Source: an uncultured Alphaproteobacteria bacterium
Lineage (GTDB): Bacteria; Pseudomonadota; Alphaproteobacteria; RF32; CAG-239
Length of the DNA stretch: 64,000 nucleotides
Direction: 5' to 3'
Assembly (NCBI GenBank): GCA_944393175.1
Contig: CALXZH010000010.1
Coordinates: 2,733-66,732 of the forward strand
Position 1 is the first letter of the stretch; the number at the start of each line of letters is the position of its first letter. Made by a program: the position numbers and the translations under genes. The notes beneath the pieces were generated by a model. The model saw only the letters and a program-made list of their open reading frames with translations, ran no database searches and had not been told where the DNA came from. Positions 1 to 9,550 of this stretch are shown piece by piece.

Positions 1-44
1 TTTTTCTAAAATGATACAATATATTGCAACAAAGGAGACGGCCC

Positions 45-935
45 ATGAAATACTATTATATCCCCCTTCTTCTGATGATTGCATCTATTACTCCCGCAAA
101 AGCAGATAGAATTAATACTGACCTTAACGGACAGGTTGACTTAGTCAGAATGTCCGATAGTTTTATCAATAACATTAAAGATTGTATACCTATGATTGAA
201 GAAAAAACTCAGGACGCAAGCGGTTTGAGTTATGATTTTAAGTATAAAATCATCGGTTGGGTCGGAGATAAATGCCGTTGTGAATTTATTTCAACATCAC
301 AAGTCGGACATTTTATTAATCGTTGCGATTTTGATAAAGATAATTTGGCCGCCTACCAACAAGCTATTCAAGATTTCAGAGAAGAAGAAAAAGTTTCTCT
401 CAGCGAAGCAAAAAATCAACTCGTAACTACCGTAAAATCTTTAATATCAGATCCCGAAGTGTGCCAAATGAAAATCATAAATGTTGATTATACAAAAGAC
501 TTACGTGATAGGTTGATGAGTTGCACTCCTTATGAAAAAACACTCGTGTTCTCAAATATGGATAATATTATGCGTGTAGAGGGAAAAGACGGAGAACGTT
601 GCCACTATACATATACAATTAAAAATAAACCCGTCGATTTACAAAAAATTTATCCTGACGGCGTACCTGAGGCGTTGAAGGACTTGCCGCAAGAAGGAAA
701 TGTTACTACTCTTGACTGTTTGTTTACACCGGCTGATGTGCAAAAATATACAGATGCTTTGGAAGCAAATATGATTAACTTTGAAGAAAACTTAGATTGG
801 AACAGCGGAGATTCTGATATTACTAATCGGATGCTCCAGCCCTTTATAGATTCCGGAAGTTGCTCTTATGTGGATTTGAAAAAATTGCCACAATCTCCAA
901 CGAAAGAAGACTTCCTAAAATCTCTCAGCAACTAA
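45..935 (+). CDS. Hypothetical secreted protein. N-terminal signal peptide MKYYYIPLLLMIASITPAKA; several Cys.
   Basis: ORF 24..935. The upstream TTG is listed as M; the in-frame ATG at 45 is preceded by AGGAG (32-36) at good spacing. Hydrophobic N-terminus followed by AKA looks like a signal peptidase site. No recognisable domain. Confidence 0.55.
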   Translation: MKYYYIPLLLMIASITPAKADRINTDLNGQVDLVRMSDSFINNIKDCIPMIEEKTQDASGLSYDFKYKIIGWVGDKCRCEFISTSQVGHFINRCDFDKDNLAAYQQAIQDFREEEKVSLSEAKNQLVTTVKSLISDPEVCQMKIINVDYTKDLRDRLMSCTPYEKTLVFSNMDNIMRVEGKDGERCHYTYTIKNKPVDLQKIYPDGVPEALKDLPQEGNVTTLDCLFTPADVQKYTDALEANMINFEENLDWNSGDSDITNRMLQPFIDSGSCSYVDLKKLPQSPTKEDFLKSLSN

Positions 936-989
936 ATCATAAAGTCATTGACATTTGCATCCTTTTTGTTTATGGCTAATGTCACTTGT

Positions 990-1065
990 GGGGCTGTAGC
1001 TCAGTTGGGAGAGCGATTGGTTCGCAATCAATAGGTCGAGGGTTCGATCCCCTTCAGCTCCACCA
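990..1065 (+). tRNA. tRNA-Ala (anticodon CGC)
   Basis: 76-nt cloverleaf: acceptor GGGGCTG/CAGCTCC with the G3:U70 Ala identity pair, D-arm GCTC-AGTTGGGA-GAGC, anticodon loop TTCGCAA, T-loop TTCGATC, encoded CCA. Confidence 0.85.
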
Positions 1066-1350
1066 GTCTTTTATCCTTTAGACTGTCTTTCCCAATCAAA
1101 CTTCGCTTTATAAAATAAAGCTGCGTTTTCTTGGAAGGGGATAGCCTCTTAGGTATCTAAATTCGCCGCGGGCGTTCCTTCCTTGCTCATTAAGATTTTC
1201 TAAGAGCTTGCAGACAAAAATGACATTTAAGGTCATTTTTGCTTAGCGCTCCCTTCAGCTCCACCAGTCTTTACTTCTTTTAGCAAAAATTACCAATCAA
1301 ACTTCGCTTTCAAAAAAGCAAAGTTTTGCGTCTTATATCTGTTTGATTTT
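1046..1350 (+). repeat. Tandem copies of the tRNA-Ala 3' end plus its ~180-bp downstream terminator region. Full unit 1046-1248; diverged partial unit 1249-1350, which re-starts with gctcccttcagctccacca.
   Basis: The 3'-terminal 17-19 nt of tRNA-Ala recurs at 1250-1268. The flank (tatcctttagactgtctttcccaatcaaacttcgctttata...atgacatttaaggtcatttttgc) is near-identical to 3642-3957. Confidence 0.8.
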
Positions 1351-1355
1351 TAGTT

Positions 1356-1398
1356 AAAAAAAATCCCTGAGAATCTTTGCTCTCAGGGATTAGTTTTT
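1356..1398. terminator. Bidirectional intrinsic terminator hairpin atccctgagaatctttgctctcagggat, flanked by A- and T-runs.
   Basis: Perfect 10-bp inverted repeat with T-run 1393-1398 and A-run upstream. It sits at the 3' end of the minus-strand small ORF. Confidence 0.6.
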
Positions 1399-1407
1399 TA
1401 GAGCGGG

Positions 1408-1584
1408 CCTACTTTATTCTTTTGCTTCGGCCGGCTCTTCTTTTCCTTTTGCTAAATACTTTTTTACTTCAACGGCCAATTCAGCAGCTGTTTCTTTGAT
1501 GTAGTCTCGTTTAAACCAAGCTACTACCGCACCGGCAACAACCAATGTTCCGCCGACAATTCCTAAAATCGTTGTCTTTTTCAT
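1408..1584 (-). CDS. Small (58 aa) membrane protein: MKKTTILGIVGGTLVVAGAVVAWFKRDYIKETAAELAVEVKKYLAKGKRRAGRSKRIK. One N-terminal TM helix and a basic tail.
   Basis: ATG on the minus strand at 1584; below the 60-aa ORF-track cutoff. Terminator immediately downstream and an AT-rich promoter region upstream (1586-1730). Confidence 0.4.
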
Positions 1585-1726
1585 AAACAAATTTTTTTAA
1601 GTTAAACATAAATTATAATGTCTGCAAGAGCAGATATTTTATGCAAAATAATAGTGAATTGGTCTGCATATGTAGCACAAATTTTAGGTTTGTAAATAGG
1701 TTAATAAAAAAATTTTTGGAAAAAAA

Positions 1727-2019
1727 CATTCGGCTTCGCCTCCGCTCAGTCTCGAACTCTAACTCTTTTTTGTGTTGTGAGTTCTCACTGGCCTCGTGTG
1801 GCCATAAAAAAATCCCTCCACTTGGGAGGGATGTTTTATGGCGCACTCGGCGGGGTTGGCTTCGCCGTCCTTCGCGGTGCCTTCGGCATTCGGCTGACGC
1901 CTCCGCTCAGTCTCGAACTCTAACTCTTTTTTGTGTTGTGAGTTCTCACTGGCCTCGTGAGGCCATAAAAAAATCCCTCCACTTGGGAGGGATGTTTTAT
2001 GGCGCACTCGGCGGGGTTC
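1727..2019. repeat. ~160-bp tandem direct repeat, two copies (1727-1886 and 1887-2019). Each ends with the 3'-terminal 19 nt of tRNA-Arg (tggcgcactcggcggggtt) and carries the tRNA terminator hairpin atccctccacttgggagggat.
   Basis: Near-identical 120-nt blocks at 1737-1858 and 1898-2019 differ at one position (gtgtggcc vs gtgaggcc). The unit is unusually GC-rich for this genome (ggcttcgccgtccttcgcggtgccttcggc). Confidence 0.85.
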
Positions 2020-2076
2020 GAACTCACAACCTTCTGATCCGTAGTCAGATGCTCTATCCAATTGAGCTACGAGTGC
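2000..2076 (-). tRNA. tRNA-Arg (anticodon ACG)
   Basis: Reverse complement GCACTCG-TA-GCTC-AATTGGATA-GAGC-A-TCTGA-CTACGGA-TCAGA-AGGTT-GTGAG-TTCGAAC-CCCGC-CGAGTGC-G-CCA. The T-stem has one A.C mismatch and one G.U pair. A terminator hairpin follows on the minus strand at 1968-1996. Confidence 0.75.
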
Positions 2077-2311
2077 ATTAATGCTTAACGGAATTCTTAA
2101 TAACCCGATTCAAATAATTTTGCAAGCAAAAAATTCATTTAATTTAAAAGAATTTTAATCTATTTCATTTATGCTACGCTTAATTCGGAGATATATTTAT
2201 TCTTAGACATTATTTTCTCGCCTTTTTTTGAAAATTTACCTTTACAAATTGAGAGTTTAGTGTCAAAAACAAATATGTCATAACATGGGTTTCAAAAAGG
2301 TATTTTGACAG

Positions 2312-3439
2312 ATGAAAAATTCAATTCGCGCATTGTCTTTCGTTTCCGCTTCTCTTTTATTACTTAACGGCTGTGCTTTTAGCTCAGATGCGTTATTCCC
2401 TTCTTTGCTCGGCAGCAGCGACCAAGAAGCATTTAATGCTGATAAAAATGCTCCTGCAAGCGAAGGTTTACCTATGCTCGGTTCTTCTAACTTTGAACCG
2501 GTTAAGGTTTCTGACGGCGGAGATACCGGCACTTTTGTCGGACAAAAGGTTATATCTTTCCGTAGTGAATTAACTCAACTGCAAGATTCTATTCGCGAAA
2601 ACAATGCTGAACTGCAAAAAATTCGTGCTTCCGTTATCGCTAACGCTAGTCAATATCATAAAACTTTAGGGGCTATCGAAGCAAAGCTCCAAGTCGGCAC
2701 CACTCCGGGCAACCCGCAAATGTATGCTATGCTGCAAAGTGCTCAAAATAATGTTCAACAAATGAACATTAATTCTAATGCTTTGCAACAATTGTCTGCT
2801 CGCGTTACTTCCGATGCTTCGGTCGTTAATAACCTTTCGGATTCAATCCAAGCAACTTTTGCAATTTCAGGCGCCGTTGATGAAGATCACCGTCAATTGA
2901 GAATCTTGCAAAATGAAACAAATCAAACCGCTATTTTAATCAATAGCTTGCTTAGTGAAGTTAACAGCGATGTTACCCGCCAAATTCAATATAACGAAAC
3001 GGCTAACAGTAATATCGTTCAATTGGATTCAGCCATCAAACGCGGTAGCTATGGCGTAAACAATGTGCCTTTGACCGCTCCGATGCCTATCATGACTTCA
3101 CGTGCTGCAAAACCCGTTGCCATGAATTATGGTTCAAATGCGGCGATTGCCGGAAAACCCCTCTTTGTTGCTAAATTCAATAAATCAGGCGTAAATTATC
3201 ATGATGGATTGCAAAGAGCTGTAAAAGCTGCAAAAGCTAAAAAATCTAATGTTGTCTTTGAAGTTGTTGCCGTTACTCCGGTTAGCGGTAATGCTACAAC
3301 AAGAAGTAATGCACAAAATAACGCCTCAACAATCTTCCAAGAAATTGTTGAAATGGGAGTTAGTCCCGAAAGAGTTATGCTCTCTTCTCGCTCCAGCACA
3401 GAGGCTAATTCTCCAGAAGTTCAAATTTTTGTAAGATAA
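2312..3439 (+). CDS. Lipoprotein, hypothetical (signal peptide plus lipobox LLLLNGC). Coiled-coil, Q/N-rich middle.
   Basis: ORF 375 aa. The lipobox Cys follows a hydrophobic N-terminus. Terminator hairpin 3452-3484 downstream. Confidence 0.6.
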   Translation: MKNSIRALSFVSASLLLLNGCAFSSDALFPSLLGSSDQEAFNADKNAPASEGLPMLGSSNFEPVKVSDGGDTGTFVGQKVISFRSELTQLQDSIRENNAELQKIRASVIANASQYHKTLGAIEAKLQVGTTPGNPQMYAMLQSAQNNVQQMNINSNALQQLSARVTSDASVVNNLSDSIQATFAISGAVDEDHRQLRILQNETNQTAILINSLLSEVNSDVTRQIQYNETANSNIVQLDSAIKRGSYGVNNVPLTAPMPIMTSRAAKPVAMNYGSNAAIAGKPLFVAKFNKSGVNYHDGLQRAVKAAKAKKSNVVFEVVAVTPVSGNATTRSNAQNNASTIFQEIVEMGVSPERVMLSSRSSTEANSPEVQIFVR

Positions 3440-3451
3440 GTTTAATGCTTT

Positions 3452-3484
3452 CAAAAAAGGCGCTGTTAAAGCGCCTTTTTTTAT
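3452..3484 (+). terminator. Intrinsic terminator aaggcgctgttaaagcgcctt followed by T7.
   Basis: GC-rich 8-bp stem, 5-nt loop, T-run. Confidence 0.7.
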
Positions 3485-3565
3485 GTTCTTAAATGAGAGA
3501 AAAAAGTATTTGACAAGTGATAAGAGTTTTTCTATATTCTCTTTGTTTTACGAATTTATCCTCGT

Positions 3566-3957
<392 letters not shown>

Positions 3958-4479
3958 TTATTTCAATTTTTTATATTTTACTTTTTGGGATATGATTTGT
4001 TGCAATTCTTGCTTATCGGCCTCGCTCACAATATTATACAAAGGAATCGAGAAAGGCGTAAACTCTCCGTTATGCTTTTGCAAAAAATTATATTGATATT
4101 TAAGTCCCTTTTTCGGCACTAAGGCAATTATTTTTAACTTCTTAAAGCAACAACGAACTATTCTTTCTTCGGCATAGTCAATATCTTTCCATAACAGCGG
4201 TTGGCAATGGTCAATCGTGATACTCTTGTCATCTATCAAAGCCAATCTTTGCGGATAAATATATTTATAAGCCCACATGGCCCAAGAGAACACACACACG
4301 CCCCACAAGACTTGTGTTTGCCACCAAAAGAGCAAGCAAACACACTTTATGCTAACGTAAGACAGCATTATTAATAATGCCATGTTAAAGATAAACCAGG
4401 CATTGATTTTATCAAAATGATAATAAAATGATTTTGGCTCTTGCATGACTTTATCCTCCTGTTTCTTATAGTGTAACAT
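3958..4479 (-). CDS. Hypothetical membrane protein (two predicted TM helices, then a soluble domain). Possibly a bacterial PH-like or DUF304-type fold.
   Basis: ORF 173 aa, hydrophobic segments. No catalytic motifs recognised. Confidence 0.4.
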   Translation of the reverse strand: MLHYKKQEDKVMQEPKSFYYHFDKINAWFIFNMALLIMLSYVSIKCVCLLFWWQTQVLWGVCVFSWAMWAYKYIYPQRLALIDDKSITIDHCQPLLWKDIDYAEERIVRCCFKKLKIIALVPKKGLKYQYNFLQKHNGEFTPFSIPLYNIVSEADKQELQQIISQKVKYKKLK

Positions 4480-4519
4480 TTAGAGTTACCTCTAAGTCAA
4501 GGAGATTTTGATATTTTTT

Positions 4520-4987
4520 TTAAGAATCACCTTTGAGACGGACGATACCTCTTTGTGAGCCTTTGCTCCAGGCCATTATCAGTTCTTGGGCCTGAGTAGC
4601 TAAATTTTGACTTTCTTGAATGATTTTAAAGCCATGATAGCGATAAAAATTAATAGCCGGTTCGTTTTGGGTGTAAACTTTTAAGTTTGCCGAGGTTTTA
4701 TTGCGCAAAACATAGCGCAAGAGCTTAGAACCGATTTTTTGCGATTGGTCGGTGGGCCTTACAAACAAAGCGCCGATATACCCATTTCCAAACAAGCTGA
4801 TAAAGCCTTTAATTTGGTGCTTATCTACGTAAAGATATGTTTGGGCTTGGGAAACCAACAAATCTTCAACCTGTGGCAAGTTTTCATCCCAATAATTTGC
4901 GGCAATAAACGGATGCGCCTGTTTGGTGGAAGACAGCCAAAGTTTGGAGACTTGAGAAATTTCAGATTTGAGCAAGCTGCGTATCAT
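4520..4987 (-). CDS. GNAT-family N-acetyltransferase.
   Basis: 155 aa. Acetyl-CoA binding-like motif ...FVRPTDQSQKIGSKLLRYV... (Q/R-x-x-G-x-G/A pattern). Confidence 0.6.
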   Translation of the reverse strand: MIRSLLKSEISQVSKLWLSSTKQAHPFIAANYWDENLPQVEDLLVSQAQTYLYVDKHQIKGFISLFGNGYIGALFVRPTDQSQKIGSKLLRYVLRNKTSANLKVYTQNEPAINFYRYHGFKIIQESQNLATQAQELIMAWSKGSQRGIVRLKGDS

Positions 4988-4998
4988 TTTTCTTTGCT

Positions 4999-6987
4999 TT
5001 AGATGTCCAAATCATCAACAAATTTGGCGTGTTCTATAATGAACTTGAATCTGGTTTCCGGATTTTTACCCATTAGGCGTTCTACCTGACGACGGGTTTC
5101 AAAGCATTCTTCCTTGCCCTCCTCCGTATTCGGGGTCGGAATAACCACGCGCAAGAGTGTTCTTTTGTTCTTATCCATGGTGGTTTCTTTGAGTTGTTGT
5201 GCGCTCATTTCACCCAAACCTTTGAAGCGGCTGATGTCTGGACGAATGTTGCCTTTGACCTCTTTTTTCAAAATACGGTCTTTGTCTTCATCATCAATCG
5301 CGTAGAAATTCTTATTTCCAACAACAATCTTATACAAAGGCGGGGTAGCAATATATAAATGTCCGTTTTCTATCAATTTCGGCATTTGTTGATAGAAAAA
5401 CGTCATTAGCAGCGAGGCAATATGTGCACCGTCCACATCCGCATCGGTCATAATGATGATTTTCTCATAGCGGAGGTTTTCTTCCTTATAATTTTCCTTA
5501 ATTCCGCAACCAAGGGCTTCTATCATATCTTTGATTTCTTGGTTTTGGGTGATTTTATCAAGCGAGGCGCTGGCAACGTTCAAAATCTTACCACGCAACG
5601 GCAAAATGGCTTGGGTGAATCTATCCCTACCCTGCTTGGCCGAACCACCCGCAGAATCGCCCTCAACAATGAAAATTTCGGTATTTTCGGCAGCTGCTTG
5701 CGAGCAATCAGCCAATTTGCCGGGAAGGCGCAATTTTTTGGTCGGGGTTTTGCGATTTTGGATTTTTTCTTCTTTTTTCTTTTTGCGGCTTTCGGCACGG
5801 TCAACCACATATTCAATCAAAGCCGTGGCATTTTCTTTGTCCGAACTCAGCCAGTGGTCAAACGTATCTTTAACGGCTTGTTCAACCAAACGGATGGCTT
5901 TGGTGGAGGTGAGCTTGTCTTTGGTTTGGCCTTGGAATTGCGGGTCGCGAATAAAGACAGAAAGCATAATGCAGGCATCACTCAACAAGTCTTCCGCCGT
6001 TACCGAGGCAACTTTTTTGATGTTGGCCATTTCGCCATATTCTTTAAGACTGCGAATAAGTGCCGCACGAAAACCTATTTCATGCGTGCCGCCTTCGGGC
6101 GTAATGACCGTGTTGCAATAAGAATAGCAAAAGCCGTTTTCATCTTCCGGCCAGGTTACGGCCCATTCAACACGGCCTTCATCATTGGCCAAATCGGCAT
6201 CACCGGTAAACGGCATGCGGTTAATAGTGGTGCGGGCACCTAACTGATAATTCAAAAAGTCAAGCAAGCCGTTAGGATAATGCAATTCGGCTTCCAACGG
6301 TGTTTGGTCACCCTCACTCAAAACCTCAGGCGCGCATTTCCAGTTGATGAATATCCCCTTAAACAAAAAAGCCTTTGAACGCGCCATGCGATAGACGCGG
6401 TTCGGATTTAGCTGGGAATTAGAGCCAAAGATTTCGCCATCGGGCAAAAAAGTAACCGACGTACCGCGGCGATTGGGCGCATTGCCGACCAATTCCAACG
6501 GGGTTACGGGTTTGCCTTTGGCATAAGCTTGGCGATATAACTTTTTGTCGCGTGCAATTTCTACCACCAAAGAAGATGACAAGGCATTAACTACCGATAA
6601 ACCGACACCGTGTAAGCCGCCGGAAACCTTATAAGCCCCACCGCCGAATTTTCCGCCGGAGTGAAGCATTGTCAAAATTACCTCAAGCGCTGACATATTC
6701 GGATATTTGGGGTGTGGGTCAACCGGAATGCCACGGCCGTTATCGGTAATGGTGACCGAATAGTCGGCGTTCATTTTGACTTCAATGCGCGTTGCATAGC
6801 CGGCAACAGCCTCATCCATAGAGTTGTCCAAAATCTCTGCTACCAAGTGGTGCAAAGCCGTAGCATCCGTGCCGCCGATATACATACCCGGACGAGCGCG
6901 AACGGCCTCAAGTCCTTCCAAAACCTGAATATCTTGTGCCGAATAAGTATCTTGTTTCGGCGCTGTGCTTTCAAATAAATCTGACAT
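4999..6987 (-). CDS. parE: DNA topoisomerase IV subunit B.
   Basis: 662 aa. GHKL ATPase N-terminus (LEAVRARPGMYIGGT), Toprim motifs EGDSAGGS and PLRGKILN. Lacks the ~170-aa insertion seen in the GyrB at 50628. Confidence 0.85.
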   Translation of the reverse strand: MSDLFESTAPKQDTYSAQDIQVLEGLEAVRARPGMYIGGTDATALHHLVAEILDNSMDEAVAGYATRIEVKMNADYSVTITDNGRGIPVDPHPKYPNMSALEVILTMLHSGGKFGGGAYKVSGGLHGVGLSVVNALSSSLVVEIARDKKLYRQAYAKGKPVTPLELVGNAPNRRGTSVTFLPDGEIFGSNSQLNPNRVYRMARSKAFLFKGIFINWKCAPEVLSEGDQTPLEAELHYPNGLLDFLNYQLGARTTINRMPFTGDADLANDEGRVEWAVTWPEDENGFCYSYCNTVITPEGGTHEIGFRAALIRSLKEYGEMANIKKVASVTAEDLLSDACIMLSVFIRDPQFQGQTKDKLTSTKAIRLVEQAVKDTFDHWLSSDKENATALIEYVVDRAESRKKKKEEKIQNRKTPTKKLRLPGKLADCSQAAAENTEIFIVEGDSAGGSAKQGRDRFTQAILPLRGKILNVASASLDKITQNQEIKDMIEALGCGIKENYKEENLRYEKIIIMTDADVDGAHIASLLMTFFYQQMPKLIENGHLYIATPPLYKIVVGNKNFYAIDDEDKDRILKKEVKGNIRPDISRFKGLGEMSAQQLKETTMDKNKRTLLRVVIPTPNTEEGKEECFETRRQVERLMGKNPETRFKFIIEHAKFVDDLDI

Positions 6988-7200
6988 TTTTTCCCTTTTA
7001 GCTAAAATTTATGTTGTAAAATACGTCAAAACATTAAGTTTTTCAAGCCTTAAAAGCGAATCTATAACAGAAAAAGGCTTTAATATTCATTTGACAAGCA
7101 AGTTGAAAATATTTATTGTGCAAACATCTAACTATTATTTTATTAAGTATTAAGCTATTAGATTTTTATCATTAATAATAATTTATAATACCCTTAAAAT

Positions 7201-7338
7201 ATGAAAAAGCACCTTTCCAGAAGAAAAAGAAAGTTAAAAATCTTTCTTAAAAGAAAACGAGAATATTTGGCCTTGGGCAGTATATTTTTGTTGCTGGCAA
7301 TATTTTCGGTTTTATTTGTTTGTTTTGTGGGACATTAA
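7201..7338 (+). CDS. Candidate small tail-anchored membrane protein (45 aa): MKKHLSRRKRKLKIFLKRKREYLALGSIFLLLAIFSVLFVCFVGH.
   Basis: ATG at 7201. A sigma70-like promoter (TTGACA-N17-TATTGT) lies at 7091-7125, and a strong intrinsic terminator follows at 7347-7377. No SD. Confidence 0.3.
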   Translation: MKKHLSRRKRKLKIFLKRKREYLALGSIFLLLAIFSVLFVCFVGH

Positions 7339-7346
7339 TCTTCTTA

Positions 7347-7377
7347 AAAGAGCACTTTGATAAGTGCTCTTTTTTTT
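7347..7377 (+). terminator. Intrinsic terminator aagagcactttgataagtgctctt followed by T7.
   Basis: 10-bp perfect stem, 4-nt loop, T-run. Confidence 0.7.
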
Positions 7378-7573
7378 CGTTTTAAATATAAAAAAATGCT
7401 TGCAAATTAAATAAATAGGGAATAAAAGAACCTTGGAATTGTGATGATTCCAAAATGTTTTAACAATAATACACACGCAGACATGGCGGGGAATTGTTTG
7501 TTTTTCGCTCCGGTGTCTTGAGTTCAAGACCGATTAGTCTGCGGAGGTTTAACCGGAAAAAGGATATTTTAAT

Positions 7574-8377
7574 ATGACACTTCCTACATTTACTATGCGC
7601 CAAATGGTTGAAGCTGGCGTTCACTTTGGTCACCACGCACGTCGTTGGAACCCGAGCATGGCTCCTTATATCTATGGCAAAAAAGATAACATCCACATCA
7701 TTAACCTGCAAAAAACTTACCCGATGCTGTATACTGCTTTGAACGCAGCTCGCGAAGTTGCTGCTAATGGCGGAAAAATCTTGTTTGTCGGCACAAAGAG
7801 ACAAGCTCAAGATTTGATTAAAGAAAACGCTGAACGTTGTGGCCAGTACTATGTAAATCACCGTTGGCTCGGCGGTATGCTGACTAACTGGAAAACAGTT
7901 TACAAATCTATTTCTCGTTTGGTTAAACTCAACGAAATGTTTGAGAAAAATGCTTTCGAAGGCTACACCAAAAAAGAAATGCAGAATATCAAAAAAGAAC
8001 AAGAAAAATTAAGTCTGGAATTGGGCGGTATTATGAATATGGGCGGCCAACCGGATATGTTGTTCGTTATTGATACTCCGAAAGAAGATTTGGCTATTAA
8101 AGAAGCTAAAAAGTTGGGTATTCCCGTTATCGGTATTTGCGATACTAACGCTAATCCGAACGAAGTTGAATTCCCGGTTCCGGGTAACGATGATGCTATT
8201 CGCGCTATTCAATTCTACTGCGAATTAGTATCTTCAGCTATTTTGGACGGTATGCAAGCCGAAATCGCAGCTCAAGGCGTTAAAGTTGATGAAGCTGTCG
8301 AAGGCATTGAAGCTAAACCGGCTAAAAAAAGATCTTCTAAAAAAGCTAAAGAAGAAGCCGAAGCCGTAGCTGAATAA
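7574..8377 (+). CDS. rpsB: 30S ribosomal protein S2.
   Basis: MRQMVEAGVHFGHHARRWNPSM... is the canonical S2 N-terminus. A 5' UTR inverted repeat GTCTTGA-gt-TCAAGAC at 7515-7530 may be an autoregulatory structure. Confidence 0.9.
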   Translation: MTLPTFTMRQMVEAGVHFGHHARRWNPSMAPYIYGKKDNIHIINLQKTYPMLYTALNAAREVAANGGKILFVGTKRQAQDLIKENAERCGQYYVNHRWLGGMLTNWKTVYKSISRLVKLNEMFEKNAFEGYTKKEMQNIKKEQEKLSLELGGIMNMGGQPDMLFVIDTPKEDLAIKEAKKLGIPVIGICDTNANPNEVEFPVPGNDDAIRAIQFYCELVSSAILDGMQAEIAAQGVKVDEAVEGIEAKPAKKRSSKKAKEEAEAVAE

Positions 8378-8481
8378 TAGTTTTATTCTACTGCTTTTAG
8401 CAAACTTAAGCGGCGATACCTTTAAGTCTTTTAGAGTTATCGCCGCAATGGTTTAAAATTTTTTCAAGTGAGGAAATAATT

Positions 8482-9408
8482 ATGACAGATATTACCGCCG
8501 CTATGGTAAAAGAATTAAGAGAATCTACCGGTGCAGGCATGTTGGACTGCAAAAAAGCTTTGACCGAAACTAAAGGTGATATGGAACAAGCTGTTGACTG
8601 GTTGCGCAAAAAAGGTTTGGCCAGTGCTGCTAAAAAAGCCAGCCGTATTGCTGCCGAAGGTTTGGTTGCCGTTGCCGTTGACGGAAACAAAGGTGCAATC
8701 GTTGAAGTTAACTCCGAAACCGACTTCGTGGCTAAAAACGAAATGTTCCAAGAATATGTTGAAGATGCTGCTCAAGTCGCTTTGATGTATAACGGTGAAG
8801 TTTGCGATATGAAAACTTTCCAATGCCCGAAAGTTCACAAATCTTTTGAAGAACGCTTAACCGATATGATTGCAAAAATCGGCGAAAATATGAATTTGCG
8901 CCGCGCTAAAATGATTGAAGTTAATGATGGCGTTATTGCTTCATATGTTCATAATGCTGCTAAACCAAATGTTGGTAAAATCGGTGTTTTGGTTGCTCTC
9001 GAATCTAACGGAGACAAAGCTAAATTGGCTGAACTCGGCAAACATATTGCTATGCACATTGCCGCTTCTGCTCCGCAATTCTTAAATATTGCCAGCGTTG
9101 ATCCGGCTGCCGTTGAACATGAAAAAGCTATTTTCTCAGAACAAGCTAAGGCTTCCGGCAAACCGGCTAACATCATTGAAAAAATGGTTGAAGGCCGTAT
9201 TCGTAAATATTATGACGAAGTTGTTTTGGAAGAACAAGCTTATATTATGGATCCGGACAAAAAGGTTAAAGATGTTATTGCCGATGCCGCTAAAGAACTC
9301 GGTACCGACATCAAATTAAAAGAATATGTCTGCTTCCGTTTGGGCGAAGGTCTGCAAAAGAAAGAAGAAGACTTTGCCGCTGAAGTTGCTGCTCAATTAA
9401 AGAAATAA
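8482..9408 (+). CDS. tsf: Elongation factor Ts.
   Basis: MTDITAAMVKELRESTGAGMLDCKKAL... is the UBA-like N-terminus of EF-Ts. It directly follows rpsB. Confidence 0.9.
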   Translation: MTDITAAMVKELRESTGAGMLDCKKALTETKGDMEQAVDWLRKKGLASAAKKASRIAAEGLVAVAVDGNKGAIVEVNSETDFVAKNEMFQEYVEDAAQVALMYNGEVCDMKTFQCPKVHKSFEERLTDMIAKIGENMNLRRAKMIEVNDGVIASYVHNAAKPNVGKIGVLVALESNGDKAKLAELGKHIAMHIAASAPQFLNIASVDPAAVEHEKAIFSEQAKASGKPANIIEKMVEGRIRKYYDEVVLEEQAYIMDPDKKVKDVIADAAKELGTDIKLKEYVCFRLGEGLQKKEEDFAAEVAAQLKK

Positions 9409-9420
9409 TTGTTCTTTGAG

Positions 9421-9452
9421 CAAAAAAACCGTCCTTTGGGGCGGTTTTTTTA
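9421..9452 (+). terminator. Intrinsic terminator aaaccgtcctttggggcggttt followed by a T-run, after tsf.
   Basis: Hairpin plus T7. Confidence 0.7.
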
Positions 9453-9550
9453 TGCCCTTATATTTAATTTGACAAAAAGTAAAAACACTCTAAATTAAGT
9501 GCATAAAATTACAATTATCATAATTATTAATAATTAAAAATCTTTGCCTT

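Noticed and set aside
1613-2081. ORFs 1613..1846(-), 1641..2081(+) and 1759..2061(-) across the tRNA-Arg locus.
   Set aside because: They run through the tRNA gene and the GC-rich tandem repeat. Their translations are repeat-driven and mutually overlapping. No coding signal.
5422-6243. Long antisense ORFs inside parE (273 aa and 196 aa on the plus strand), and similar antisense ORFs inside gyrB (50604..51350), dnaK, the Lon-like protease gene and polA.
   Set aside because: They lie opposite well-supported, conserved protein-coding genes and have low-complexity or atypical composition with no RBS. These are typical spurious antisense frames.
7460-8002. 180-aa minus-strand ORF overlapping rpsB, plus small ORFs in the 7000-7570 intergenic region (6965..7153, 7312..7527).
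   Set aside because: Antisense to a ribosomal protein gene, or AT-rich intergenic frames without RBS. Only the 45-aa plus-strand ORF at 7201-7338 has a flanking promoter and terminator, and it is reported with low confidence.
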